A DNA stretch of 64,000 nucleotides, taken from Sedimentisphaerales bacterium (GTDB lineage: Bacteria; Planctomycetota; Phycisphaerae; Sedimentisphaerales; SM23-30). Position 1 is the first letter of the stretch. The number at the start of each line of letters is the position of its first letter. The translations under genes and the position numbers were made by a program. The notes under the pieces are model-generated. The model did no database searches, was not told the origin of the DNA, and worked only from the letters and a program-made list of their open reading frames with translations. Positions 1 to 9,283 of the stretch are shown here, one piece after another. The stretch covers positions 1 through 64,000 of the forward strand of contig CAXXMR010000025.1 in assembly GCA_963663805.2 (NCBI GenBank). Reading direction: 5' to 3'.

Positions 1-1369
1 ATGGTATGCCGGTTCTGGGGCGTACGGAGCAGATAAAGGAAATCGCGAGTTCTCGGAATGTTGATGAGATAGTAATTCGCTATGCCTTCGGCGAACAATA
101 AAGAGCTGCGTCGAGTGGTTTCGCTGTGTGAGGGTACGAATCTTCGTTTTCGGACGGTTCCGGATTTGGTTGACATAGCCTCGGGCAAGGTTCGTGTTTC
201 TCAGATGCGTGATGTTGATATTAATGACGTGCTGGGCCGTGAGCCGGTGACGCTGGATATGGATATTATCAGTGATTTTATTCGTGACAAGGTGGTTCTA
301 ATTACGGGTGCGGGCGGGTCGATAGGTTCGGAGATGTGTCGTCAGGTGGGGAACTTCAGGCCGAAGATGCTGCATCTGGGTGGAGCAGTCGGAGAACTGT
401 CTGTTTTTTATCGAGCGGGAGTTGCGGCGGAGTTTTCCGGATATGGCAGTTCGGGCGACGATTTGTGATATATATGATAAGAATCGTGTGGATTTCATTT
501 TTGATGCTTATAAGCCGGATGTGGTGATTCACGCGGCGGCTCATAAGCATGTGCCTTTGATGGAAGAAAATCCGGGCGAGGCGGTTAAGAATAACATTTG
601 TGGTACTCGAAATATCGCTTACTCAGCGCATCGGATAGGGGTGGGTTATTTTGTGATGATTTCGACGGATAAGGCGGTGAACCCGACGAGTATTATGGGT
701 TCGAGCAAGCGTATCGCGGAGATGTCGATACAGTGTCTGGCCAAGCGTTCGAAGACTCATTTTGTAACGGTTCGTTTTGGTAATGTGCTGGGCAGTAATG
801 GTTCGGTAATTCCGATTTTTCGTCAGCAGATTGCGGCGGGTGGGCCGGTGACGGTTACTCATCCGGAAATGCAGCGTTACTTTATGACGATTCCAGAAGC
901 GTCACAGTTGGTTTTGCAGGCGGCGACGATGGGGCGGGGCGGTGAGATATTTGTGCTGGATATGGGCGAGCCGGTCAAGATTGTTGATTTGGCACGCGAA
1001 CTGATAACGCTGAGCGGTTTTCGTCCGGGCGAGGATATCGAGGTTAAGTTTACGGGGATGCGTCCGGGCGAGAAGCTGTTTGAGGAACTAGCGATTACCG
1101 GAGAGAATATGCAGCCGACCCGTCATCCGAAGATAGGTATCTGGCAGAATATTCCGGGTGATGAGGCTGTTCTGGATGAGCAGGTTGCGGAGCTGTTGAA
1201 GCTGGCGGCGGAGCCTGACCATGATGAGATTGTGGCTGCCATCAAGAAGATTGTGCCGGAGTATGTGGGCGATGTCGACTGCATGAAACTGCATGAGGAA
1301 CATGAATCGCGTCGGTCGACAAATGGGAATGGATTTAATGGGTCGGAATCTTCTGGTCCGGGGAAATAG
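1..1369 (+). CDS. CapD/PglF-like nucleoside-diphosphate sugar epimerase/dehydratase (5' end outside window; apparent frameshift near 378)
   Basis: ITGAGGSIGSE Rossmann motif, HAAAHKHVP, STDKAV, VRFGNVLGSNGSV. ORFs 82..468 and 380..1369 join if one G of CTGGGTGG is removed. Confidence 0.9.
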
Positions 1370-1375
1370 GTGTTA

Positions 1376-1595
1376 TGAAGAAGGCAAGAGGCATGAGGCA
1401 TGAGTGAACGGCGAGGATTCGACCTGCGGTTGAGGGTTTTTTAAACGGCAACCGCTTACTTACGTGCGCGGCTCTGAAATGTGCGGGGGGTCTGGCAAAT
1501 ACCGCTTACTTACGTGCGCGGCTCTGATTTTTGCATGTTTGGCAATTGGTTATCGAGCCTTGATTTTCTGATCCGGTCGCTTAGGCGGCTCGGTT
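1376..1595 (+). repeat. Composite repeat copy A (heptamers + GTGAACGGC hairpin unit + 2x ACCGCTTACTTACGTGCGCGGCTCTGA + ATCCGGTCGCTTAGGCGGCTCGGTT)
   Basis: Near-identical to 2729..2894. The internal 27-mer occurs at 1451 and 1501. Confidence 0.95.
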
Positions 1596-1608
1596 CCTGT
1601 TTGACACG

Positions 1609-1644
1609 AAAAAGGTCGGGTTAGAATAATCCAACCCGACCTTT
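1609..1644 (-). terminator. Intrinsic terminator of the methyltransferase gene (possibly bidirectional)
   Basis: 12-bp perfect stem AAAGGTCGGGTT/AACCCGACCTTT with A-tract on + (U-tract on -). Confidence 0.8.
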
Positions 1645-1677
1645 CTGGTTTTATTCGCATCAGCATTTGATGCTTGC

Positions 1678-2457
1678 TTATAGTTTTTTGCTTGCTACAA
1701 GCATTTCATAACAATCGGTCCGGAGCTTATCGGCTCGGCTGAAAGCTCCGAGTTTAGCGCCAAAGATTTCTATTTCTCCCATGCCGAGGGTCTTTAGCAT
1801 CCAGGTAATTTCGCTGGGTACATAATACCGTTCGTTACTGAGCATTTCCTTTTCCCGTCCGCTATCGTCAGTGATTTTGACCTTGCCAGACTCACGAAAA
1901 GTCATCAAGTCAAAGTTCTGCTCATCATAGCTGGAGTTAGGAACGCCCTGGGCTGCTTCGGCGGCAGCTTTGTCTATAAAATCCTTGACCGAATGGAACA
2001 GAGGAAACAATGCGTTCAGGCAGGTGAAAATAAATCTGCCTTCAGAGACAAGCGATTTGACGGCATTTTGGAGAATGGCGTAGTTCATCTGGTCAGTTTC
2101 CATCAGACTAAAGCCGCCTTCGCAAATCATAATCGCCAGGCCAAACTCAGCGGAAAAATCCAGATTGCGAGCATCTGCCTTAATAAACTCGACAGATACA
2201 CCGGCTGATGCCGCTTTACTTCGGGCTTTTTTCAACTGACAGTCCGAGAGGTCTATACCAACGACATCATAACCACGTTTGGCTAACTCAATTGAATGTC
2301 TGCCTGTGCCGCAGCCGATGTCGAGTATTCGAACATTTTTGTTCGCGTCAATCTCACTTTCGATAAAGTCACATTCTCCCAGAGTACCCTGGGTAAAATG
2401 CTCGTTGTCATAACTCTCGGCGAAATTTTCAAACAATTCTTCATACCATTGTTTCAT
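1678..2457 (-). CDS. Class I SAM-dependent methyltransferase
   Basis: ILDIGCGTGRH motif I, GIDLS motif, DAR; SD AAGGA upstream. Confidence 0.9.
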   Translation of the reverse strand: MKQWYEELFENFAESYDNEHFTQGTLGECDFIESEIDANKNVRILDIGCGTGRHSIELAKRGYDVVGIDLSDCQLKKARSKAASAGVSVEFIKADARNLDFSAEFGLAIMICEGGFSLMETDQMNYAILQNAVKSLVSEGRFIFTCLNALFPLFHSVKDFIDKAAAEAAQGVPNSSYDEQNFDLMTFRESGKVKITDDSGREKEMLSNERYYVPSEITWMLKTLGMGEIEIFGAKLGAFSRADKLRTDCYEMLVASKKL

Positions 2458-2505
2458 TTTTATTGTCCTTTATAAGCAGCCTGCAACATTACGCTGCGGC
2501 CATAT

Positions 2506-2514
2506 TTAATACAT
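2506..2514 (-). promoter_or_regulatory. Start-stop mini-uORF (MY*) with perfect SD
   Basis: Minus strand reads GGAGG-TATTTT-ATG TAT TAA. Confidence 0.55.
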
Positions 2515-2564
2515 AAAATACCTCCGAACATTAAATCTGTTTAGTGCGTACACCCGTGTGTACG

Positions 2565-2597
2565 CTAGAGTACATCCGCTTTCTTAATAAGTTTCAA
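2565..2597 (-). promoter_or_regulatory. Putative leader peptide MKLIKKADVL* with downstream attenuator hairpin
   Basis: GAGGTG SD and TTG start. Stop abuts an 8-bp hairpin GCGTACAC-ACGG-GTGTACGC (2546..2565). Confidence 0.6.
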
Positions 2598-2661
2598 AAA
2601 ACACCTCTACTACTAGGAAATTAAAACAATTAACACATAATCCAATTTTCCGGTAACGGTT

Positions 2662-2690
2662 ATTGTACAGTTAAGACGGCTTGGCCGCAA
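2662..2690 (-). promoter_or_regulatory. Sigma70-like promoter of the methyltransferase leader
   Basis: TTGCGG-17 nt-TACAAT on the minus strand. Confidence 0.55.
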
Positions 2691-2728
2691 CCTGGATTAT
2701 TGGTATGGGAATTTATTCGCAAAAAGAT

Positions 2729-2894
2729 TGAAGAAGGCAAGAGGGATGAGTGGACGGCGAGGATTCGACCTGCGGTTGAGGGTTTTTAAAACGGCAAATA
2801 CCGCTTACTTACGTGCGCGGCTCTGATTTTTGCATGTTTGGCAATTGGTTATCGAGCCTTGATTTTCTGATCCGGTGGCTTAGGCGGCTCGGTT
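2729..2894 (+). repeat. Composite repeat copy B (direct repeat of 1376..1595, one internal 27-mer)
   Basis: Direct sequence comparison; only a few substitutions/indels versus copy A apart from the missing internal duplication. Confidence 0.95.
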
Positions 2895-2925
2895 TTTGTT
2901 CTTTCGCGTGCTGGCGAAGCTTTTC

Positions 2926-3715
2926 TTATGCTGTTATAATTTCGCCGGGCTTTATGGGTGCGAAGAGCATTTTGGTTGTTCGGCCCAGTCGGGCACTGAG
3001 GGTTCGGGCTACCACTTCCATGATTTTGAGGGCTAGGGCGGGGTTCTGTTTGCGTATTACGGCGAATCCGATTTTGGAAATCTGGATGAGTGTAGTGTCG
3101 TTTACGGCTTGTACGGTGGCGGAGTGGGGCTGGTCGTTGACGAGGGTTGTTTCGCCGAAGACCTGTCCTGCGGAAACAACTCCCAGTTGGTGTGATGGCT
3201 CGGTTTTTTGTCCTTTGTAAATGTTGAGCAGGCCGTTCTGGACGATGAAGAGGCCCTGGAGGTCGTCGTTGGTTTGGCCCTGACGGAAGAGTATCTCTTT
3301 GCGGGACAGGTCTCGGAGTGTGATTATTTTGATTAGGGTATGGCAGTCCTGGTAGGTCAGTTCGGCAAAGAGGGGAAATTCGGAGATGAAGGCGAGGAGG
3401 TTTTCGGCGTTAGATTTTTCAAATTCCTGGATGAGCTGCTGGTTATCGGAGCTGAGATTTAGAAATCCGAGTCCTATGTACCAGGTGTTTTTGTGCTGGG
3501 CGGGTCGGCACCAGGCGACGCGGGCTTTGACCTGGAAGGATGCCAGTTCGTTGCTCAGTGTTATGGAGAGGATTAGCTCGTCGCCCTTTTCGAAGGGGTG
3601 GCTGATGTTAAGGCAGGAGCCGGTGATGCTTAGGTTGACGGGCTGGGGCGGGTGCGAACTCTCGCTGGTCCGGGCTTCGCCAGGTGATTTTGAAACGCGT
3701 CAGAATTCGGGGCAT
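2926..3715 (-). CDS. PilZ domain + cyclic-nucleotide-binding domain protein (frameshift near 3645; absent from ORF track)
   Basis: Manual translation: MPRILTRFKITW.../NLSITGSCL...ARVAWCR...YIGLGF (PilZ), then FPLFAEL...LFRQG...GLFIVQNG...GQVFGETTL...PHSATVQA (cNMP). TAA at 2926. Confidence 0.8.
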
Positions 3716-3807
3716 TAAACCTATTCCCATATTGCGTGTATCGGCATAATTTGGGATTGGATAAACAAGCAACGACAATATTTAGCCGCGGCTGGCGAAG
3801 AGCAGGA

Positions 3808-3864
3808 TGAAGAAGGCATGAGGCAAGAGTGAACGGCGAGGTGCCGTCTTTGGCGGAGTTGTTG
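3808..3864 (+). repeat. Heptamer + GTGAACGGC-hairpin repeat unit
   Basis: AGGCATG AGGCAAG AGTGAACGGCGAGG, stem CCGTC-TTT-GGCGG. Confidence 0.85.
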
Positions 3865-3874
3865 TGAAATATGG

Positions 3875-5785
3875 TTATCGGGCGTCCATCCAGTCTTGCC
3901 AGAGTCCCTTTTTGCGTAGTTCTTCGCGGTATTTTTCGCCCTGATAAACCTGTTGCCGGGTTTTTCCGGCGTGGTTTTTGATTCTTTCCTGGGCCAAGGC
4001 GAAAAGTTTGGCGGCCCGGGGTATGTCTATGGGCAGATGATTATTGCCGCGGGTTTTTAGTCTTGTTCGGAATACTTTTTTCCGGTCGGCGTAGCGTAGA
4101 ATGTCATCTTTGAGTGAGAGGAAAAACTTGCAGTCGCCGGGGTCTCCTTGTCGACCGACACGTCCGATGAGCTGTTCGTCGAGTCGGCGAATGATCGAGC
4201 GGTCGGTTCCGATGAGACCTAGCCCGCCTTTGTCGGCGATGCCGGCGCCGAGTACGATGTCAACTCCGCGGCCAGCCATATTGGTGATGATGGTGATGCG
4301 TGAGGGCTGGCCCGCTTCGGCGATGATGGCGGCTTCGCGAGCGTGATTTTTGGCGTTCAGGACTTCGTGGGGCAGTTCCTTTTGCTGGAGCATGTTGCTG
4401 AGCTCTTCGGAAATCTGGACGGAGCCGGTTCCGATGAGTATGGGTCGGCCGGTCTGATGGATTTTTTCGATTTCATCCAATACGGCCTGGTATTTGGCTT
4501 GTTTGGTGCGGAATATCTGGTCGGGCCAGACTTTTCTCTGGGAAGGTTTGTTGGTGGGGATGGGTACAACGGCCAAGTCGTAAACGTTGGAAAATTCAAA
4601 GGCGTCCATTTCGGCGGTGCCTGTCATGCCAGCCCGTTTTTTGTATTTTCGGAAAAATGTCTGGTAGGTTGTCTGGTGGGTTCCTTTGAGTTCGGCGGTG
4701 GGGATGATGCCGTTTTGGATTTCGAGGGCCTGGTGGATGCCGTCGGGGAGTTGGCGGCCGGGCATGAGTCTACCGGTGTTTTCGTCAATGAGTACGATTT
4801 TATTGTCGCGGACAACATAGTGGTCATCTTTTTTGTAGATGTGTCGGGCGGCCAGGGCGCAGGTGATGTATCTTTCCCACTTTTGGCCGGGGGGGACCAT
4901 TCTCAGGATTCCGCCGGCGAGTTTGCGGGCTTGGGCTTTGCCTTCGTCTTTGAGCTGGACCTGGCTGTCGTCGTACATGAGTCGGTAGTGACTGCCGCGA
5001 TTGAGTTTGCCGGCGATGGTCGCTGCCTGGCGGTAGAGTTCCAGTTGGGTGGATGAGGCGGAGTCTGCACCTATGGCTATCGGGCTGCGGGCCTGGTCGA
5101 TTAGCACACTGTCGATTTCGTCGATAATGACGAAGTCGTAGACTGGGTTCATGGTAAGCCCTTTTTGGGGGCGGAGGATGGCTTCGGCGGGCGACATCTT
5201 CTTTTTGCGGATAGGGTCGCGCAGGCTGTCAAAAACAATTTCTTTAGCGGCGGTGTATACGATATCTTTTTGGTATGCTTCGGCGCGGCTGGCAGTGTTT
5301 TGGCCGGGCACGATTAGTCCGACAGTCATCTGGAGGGCCTGGCAGAGAGGGAACATCCACTGGGCATCGCGGGCGGCGAGGTATTCGTTGGCGGTGGCGA
5401 TGTGGGTGCAGCGGTCTATCCGTCCGAGTTTGTGGAGGAAGGCTGCCAGAGGTGCCATTAGAGTTTTGCCTTCGCCAGTGGCCATTTCGGCGATATGACC
5501 TTCGTAGAGAACGAGGGTGCCGATAAGCTGGACATCGTAGTGTCGCATTTTTAGGGTTCGCTGAGAAAATTCTCGTCCCAGCGCGAGGGCCTGGGGGATG
5601 ATATCAGCCATGCGAGAGCGGTCCTGGGCGGCATTATGGAGGCGGCGGACCTCTTCGCTGAGCTGTTCGTTAGACAGCACGGTCAATCTGGGTTCAAGTT
5701 TGTTGGCCCGGGCGACGATGCTGCGGTAGCGGCGTAGTTGTTGTTTTTGCCAGAGACTTCTAAAAGTGAGGTACCAATAATTCAT
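3875..5785 (-). CDS. Short SecA paralog (SecA DEAD motor and cross-linking domains, C-terminal part missing)
   Basis: MATGEGKT, NEYLAARD, DEIDSVLID, GMTGTA, LNAKNH, TNMAGRGVDI, QLIGRVGRQGDPG; only 636 aa. Confidence 0.9.
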   Translation of the reverse strand: MNYWYLTFRSLWQKQQLRRYRSIVARANKLEPRLTVLSNEQLSEEVRRLHNAAQDRSRMADIIPQALALGREFSQRTLKMRHYDVQLIGTLVLYEGHIAEMATGEGKTLMAPLAAFLHKLGRIDRCTHIATANEYLAARDAQWMFPLCQALQMTVGLIVPGQNTASRAEAYQKDIVYTAAKEIVFDSLRDPIRKKKMSPAEAILRPQKGLTMNPVYDFVIIDEIDSVLIDQARSPIAIGADSASSTQLELYRQAATIAGKLNRGSHYRLMYDDSQVQLKDEGKAQARKLAGGILRMVPPGQKWERYITCALAARHIYKKDDHYVVRDNKIVLIDENTGRLMPGRQLPDGIHQALEIQNGIIPTAELKGTHQTTYQTFFRKYKKRAGMTGTAEMDAFEFSNVYDLAVVPIPTNKPSQRKVWPDQIFRTKQAKYQAVLDEIEKIHQTGRPILIGTGSVQISEELSNMLQQKELPHEVLNAKNHAREAAIIAEAGQPSRITIITNMAGRGVDIVLGAGIADKGGLGLIGTDRSIIRRLDEQLIGRVGRQGDPGDCKFFLSLKDDILRYADRKKVFRTRLKTRGNNHLPIDIPRAAKLFALAQERIKNHAGKTRQQVYQGEKYREELRKKGLWQDWMDAR

Positions 5786-5838
5786 AGGGGGCCATATTGG
5801 AGTAAGGCGGCGGTTTTGTCAATAGTTATGATAACGAC

Positions 5839-5990
5839 AGGCAAGGGGCATGAGTCAAAAGGCAGAAGTGAACGGCGAGGTTTCGTCCTTGGGCCGAGGA
5901 GTTTTTACGTCAAAAACAGTTTTGGGCGGTCCAATCCTTCGGGCGATTGTTGGTGGTTGTATCCGGTCGCTTACGCGGCTCGGTTTTTGT
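5839..5990 (+). repeat. GTGAACGGC-hairpin unit plus ATCCGGTCGCTTACGCGGCTCGGTT REP-like palindrome
   Basis: Unit at 5868; second motif at 5961..5990 matches 1571 and 2870. Confidence 0.85.
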
Positions 5991-6075
5991 TTGGGCGGCA
6001 CGCTCAGGAGTGAATAGCAAGGTGTTGTTTTGTAGTGGTTTATGTGGTTTTTGGGTAAAAAGGTTTTTTTCTGGG

Positions 6076-6136
6076 TTGACATGGTGGTGTTGATTCGCTA
6101 GACTTCTTGTGATGAGTTTCACGTTGTTACGTGAAA
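6076..6136 (+). promoter_or_regulatory. Sigma70 promoter and Rex operator of the rex-hyd operon
   Basis: TTGACA(6076)-17-TAGACT(6099). TTGTGATGAGTTTCACGT (6107..6124) resembles Rex consensus TTGTGAA-N4-TTCACAA. Overlapping IR TTTCACGT-TGTT-ACGTGAAA (6117..6136). Confidence 0.8.
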
Positions 6137-6164
6137 AACGTGAGTTGTTATAGAAAGATGGGAA

Positions 6165-6809
6165 ATGGCACGAGCATCGGAAAAAACAATAGGCAGGTTG
6201 AGCCTCTATCGTCGAGTTCTGCATCAGCTTGGCATCGAGAAGGTAATCAATGTTTATTCACATGAGCTGGCGAGGCTGGCGGGGGTGACGGCAGCTCAGG
6301 TTCGTCGTGATATTATGGCTGTCGGGTATTCGGGCAGTCCATCTAAGGGTTACGATGTCGAGGAGCTGATGGAGAGCATCGGCCGGTTTTTGGACGGCCC
6401 GGAAGATGAAAAGGTGGCTTTGGTTGGGGTTGGTAATCTAGGTCGGGCGATTATGGCTTATTTTGGCGGTCGTCGTCCCAATCTGAGTATTGGTGCGGCG
6501 TTTGACATTGACCCGGAGAAGGCCCGGCGGGTGATTCACGGCTGTCGCTGTTACAGCATGGCGGATTTGGAAGATGTTGTAGCTAAGGAAGGTATACGGG
6601 TGGGTGTCATAACTGTTCCGGCAGTTGAAGCTCAGGCGGTATGTGACCGTTTGGTGCGGGCGGGCGTTTATGGGATATTGAATTTTGCTCCGGTTGCTTT
6701 GCGTGTGCCGGATGGTGTTTTTGTGGAATTGATAGATATGGCGATGTCATTAGAGAAAGTAACTTATTTTGCTCGTGAGGGGGCTTCGGAAAGGAATATG
6801 GCCAAGTGA
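6165..6809 (+). CDS. rex: Redox-sensing transcriptional repressor Rex
   Basis: RLSLYRR, QVRRD, GYDV winged-helix; VGVGNLGRA NADH-binding motif; ILNFAP. Confidence 0.95.
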   Translation: MARASEKTIGRLSLYRRVLHQLGIEKVINVYSHELARLAGVTAAQVRRDIMAVGYSGSPSKGYDVEELMESIGRFLDGPEDEKVALVGVGNLGRAIMAYFGGRRPNLSIGAAFDIDPEKARRVIHGCRCYSMADLEDVVAKEGIRVGVITVPAVEAQAVCDRLVRAGVYGILNFAPVALRVPDGVFVELIDMAMSLEKVTYFAREGASERNMAK

Positions 6810-7279
6810 CAACCGTTACAACAGATTTAAGCGAGATACTAAATAAATATCCTCATGCCAAGCGTGATGCCCTGATTCCGATTATGCAGGAAGTCCAGGA
6901 GATGCAGGGTTATCTGTCGCGTGAGTCGGTGGTCGAGATCGGCAGGTATCTGGATTTGCCTACGAGTAAAATATACGGGGTGGCGACATTTTATAATCAG
7001 TTTCGTTTTCAGCCTTTGGGTAAGAATCATGTTCAGGTATGTCGGGGTACTGCCTGCCATGTAAAAGGTTCGGCGGCGATTCTGGAAGCGTTGCAGCGTG
7101 AACTGGAAATAACGGCGGGTCAGACGACTCGCGATGGTTTGTTCAGTCTGGAAGTAGTGGCCTGTATAGGCGCTTGCGGGCTGGCCCCGGTTATCAGCAT
7201 CAATGGCGAGTTTTACGCCAGTCTGGAGCCGGATATGATAAAAGGCATTCTTGATTCGGTCCGTAAGGCCTCGAAATAG
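6806..7279 (+). CDS. hydC: [FeFe]-hydrogenase HydC/NuoE-like 2Fe-2S subunit
   Basis: VATFYNQF, CRGTAC...CIGAC. Confidence 0.92.
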   Translation: MTTVTTDLSEILNKYPHAKRDALIPIMQEVQEMQGYLSRESVVEIGRYLDLPTSKIYGVATFYNQFRFQPLGKNHVQVCRGTACHVKGSAAILEALQRELEITAGQTTRDGLFSLEVVACIGACGLAPVISINGEFYASLEPDMIKGILDSVRKASK

Positions 7280-7291
7280 GAGAGACATCAA

Positions 7292-9250
7292 ATGACTAAT
7301 GACACTGGATGCACGACATGCTGCTGCGGTCAGGATACGCAGGAGTTGTTGAAGGGCTATATCGCCGGTCGGGAAGATGATACTAATCTGGCACTGGTCA
7401 AGGGTTTGCGTCGTGAGAGTCTGACGCGTCCGGCGATATTTTTGGGTACAGGCACATGCGGTTTGGGGGCCGGTGCGGGCAAGACCTTGACGGCATTGCG
7501 GGCATACCTGGCTGAAAAGGGTATTGCCGCGGATGTTATCGAAGTGGGTTGTATCGGATTGTGCGCGGTTGAGCCGATTATGGAAGTTCAGGTTCCGGGC
7601 AAGTCGCGGGTGGCGTTCGCTCATGTTAGCAAGGACGATGCCGCTGATATTTTGCAGGGTGTTCTTGACGGCAAGATTGATACTGAGCGGGTATTTGGTC
7701 AGCATCGTCACGATAGTGCTGAGAGCTGGATCGGTGTGCCGTTTATCGATGAGCATCCGTTTTTTGCTCCGCAGACCCGCTGGGTACTGGCGAATTGCGG
7801 GCTGATAGACCCGGCGAGCATTGAGGAATATATTTCGCACGGCGGCTATCGCGGTTTGGCGGCGGTTTTGCGTAAGACAACGCCGGCGGAATTTTGTGAT
7901 GAAGTAGAAAATAGCGGTTTGCGTGGTCGCGGCGGCGGCGGGTTCCCGACAGGTCGGAAATGGAAATTCGCTCTGAATGCCGCAGGTGACCAGAAGTATC
8001 TGATTTGCAATGCTGACGAAGGCGATCCGGGTGCATTTATGGACCGGGCGGTTATCGAAGGTGATCCGCATCGTCTGCTGGAAGGCATGGCGTTGGCGGC
8101 TTATGGTATTGGTGCTACGAAGGCTTATGTTTATCTGCGGGCGGAATATCCGCTGGCGATCAAACGTTTCCAGGAAGCGATTCGTCAAGCGAAGGAATAT
8201 GGTCTGCTGGGTGAGAACATTCTGGACAGTGGCTTCAAGCTGGAGATTGTAATTAAGCAGGGTGCGGGTGCTTTTGTCTGCGGCGAAGAGACGGCATTGA
8301 TTAACAGTATTGAGGGCAAGCGTGGAATGCCGCGTCCGAGGCCGCCGTTCCCGGCGATCGCGGGTTTGTTTGGTAAACCTACGATTATCAATAATGTGGA
8401 GACCCTTTCTAATCTGCCTTTGATAGCCACGAATGGCGCGGGCTGGTTCAGTGGGGTGGGGACCGAGACCAGCAAGGGCACGAAGGTTTTCGCGCTTTCG
8501 GGTAAGGTAGAGCGGACCGGGTTGGTTGAAGTGGCGATGGGTACGACGGTGCGTGAGATTGTGTTTAATATTGGCGGGGGGATACCCAAGGGCAAGAAAT
8601 ACAAGGCTGTGCAAATTGGCGGTCCTTCGGGCGGCTGTATTCCTGAGCAGCATCTGGATATAGAAGTTGATTATGAGTCACTGAAGACGGTCGGAGCGAT
8701 GATGGGTTCGGGCGGTCTGGTGGTGATGGATGAAGACACGTGCATGGTTGACGTGGCGAAGTTTTTTATGGATTTCATTCAGCGTGAGAGTTGCGGCAAG
8801 TGCATTCCGTGCCGTGAAGGTACGCGGCGGATGCTGGAGATTCTGGAACGCATAACGCACGGTCGCCGGGGCGAGAAGCCGATAGAGGCCCTGGAGCGTT
8901 TCAAGGGTGTGATGTACATGACTCGTCTGGGCGAGATTATCAAGGATACGAGTCTTTGCGGTTTGGGTCAGACGGCCCCGAATCCGGTTTTGAGTACTTT
9001 GCGTTGGTTCCGGGATGAATATGAAGCTCATGTTTATGAACGGAAATGTCCGGCGGGAGTCTGCAAGGATTTGCTGACATATACTATCGACGCTGAGAAG
9101 TGTACCGGTTGTACGCTTTGTGCGAAGAAGTGTCCGACGGACGCGATAATGGGTACGCCTAAGGCTCCGCATTATATAATTCCTGATAAGTGTATCGGTT
9201 GCGGGACATGTAAGGATGTATGCCGGTTCAAGGCTGTGCTGGTAGATTAA
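7292..9250 (+). CDS. hydB: [FeFe]-hydrogenase HydB/NuoF-like diaphorase subunit
   Basis: N-terminal thioredoxin-like 2Fe-2S, GRGGGGFP, NADEGDPGAFMDR, GGPSGG, ESCGKCIPCREG, C-terminal 2x[4Fe-4S]. Confidence 0.95.
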   Translation: MTNDTGCTTCCCGQDTQELLKGYIAGREDDTNLALVKGLRRESLTRPAIFLGTGTCGLGAGAGKTLTALRAYLAEKGIAADVIEVGCIGLCAVEPIMEVQVPGKSRVAFAHVSKDDAADILQGVLDGKIDTERVFGQHRHDSAESWIGVPFIDEHPFFAPQTRWVLANCGLIDPASIEEYISHGGYRGLAAVLRKTTPAEFCDEVENSGLRGRGGGGFPTGRKWKFALNAAGDQKYLICNADEGDPGAFMDRAVIEGDPHRLLEGMALAAYGIGATKAYVYLRAEYPLAIKRFQEAIRQAKEYGLLGENILDSGFKLEIVIKQGAGAFVCGEETALINSIEGKRGMPRPRPPFPAIAGLFGKPTIINNVETLSNLPLIATNGAGWFSGVGTETSKGTKVFALSGKVERTGLVEVAMGTTVREIVFNIGGGIPKGKKYKAVQIGGPSGGCIPEQHLDIEVDYESLKTVGAMMGSGGLVVMDEDTCMVDVAKFFMDFIQRESCGKCIPCREGTRRMLEILERITHGRRGEKPIEALERFKGVMYMTRLGEIIKDTSLCGLGQTAPNPVLSTLRWFRDEYEAHVYERKCPAGVCKDLLTYTIDAEKCTGCTLCAKKCPTDAIMGTPKAPHYIIPDKCIGCGTCKDVCRFKAVLVD

Positions 9251-9283
9251 CGCTTGAAGGGCTGAAATAAAAGGTATGAAACT

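Noticed and set aside
1376..2894. CRISPR array from the 27-bp repeats at 1451/1501/2800
   Set aside because: Only two adjacent copies with a 23-nt gap, the third is 1.3 kb away, the repeats are embedded in a larger composite repeat, and no cas genes are present.
6839..8653. 604-aa antisense ORF and other long shadow ORFs (e.g. 21717..22664, 37029..38393)
   Set aside because: They lie opposite well-supported genes, show no motifs, and are expected from codon bias.
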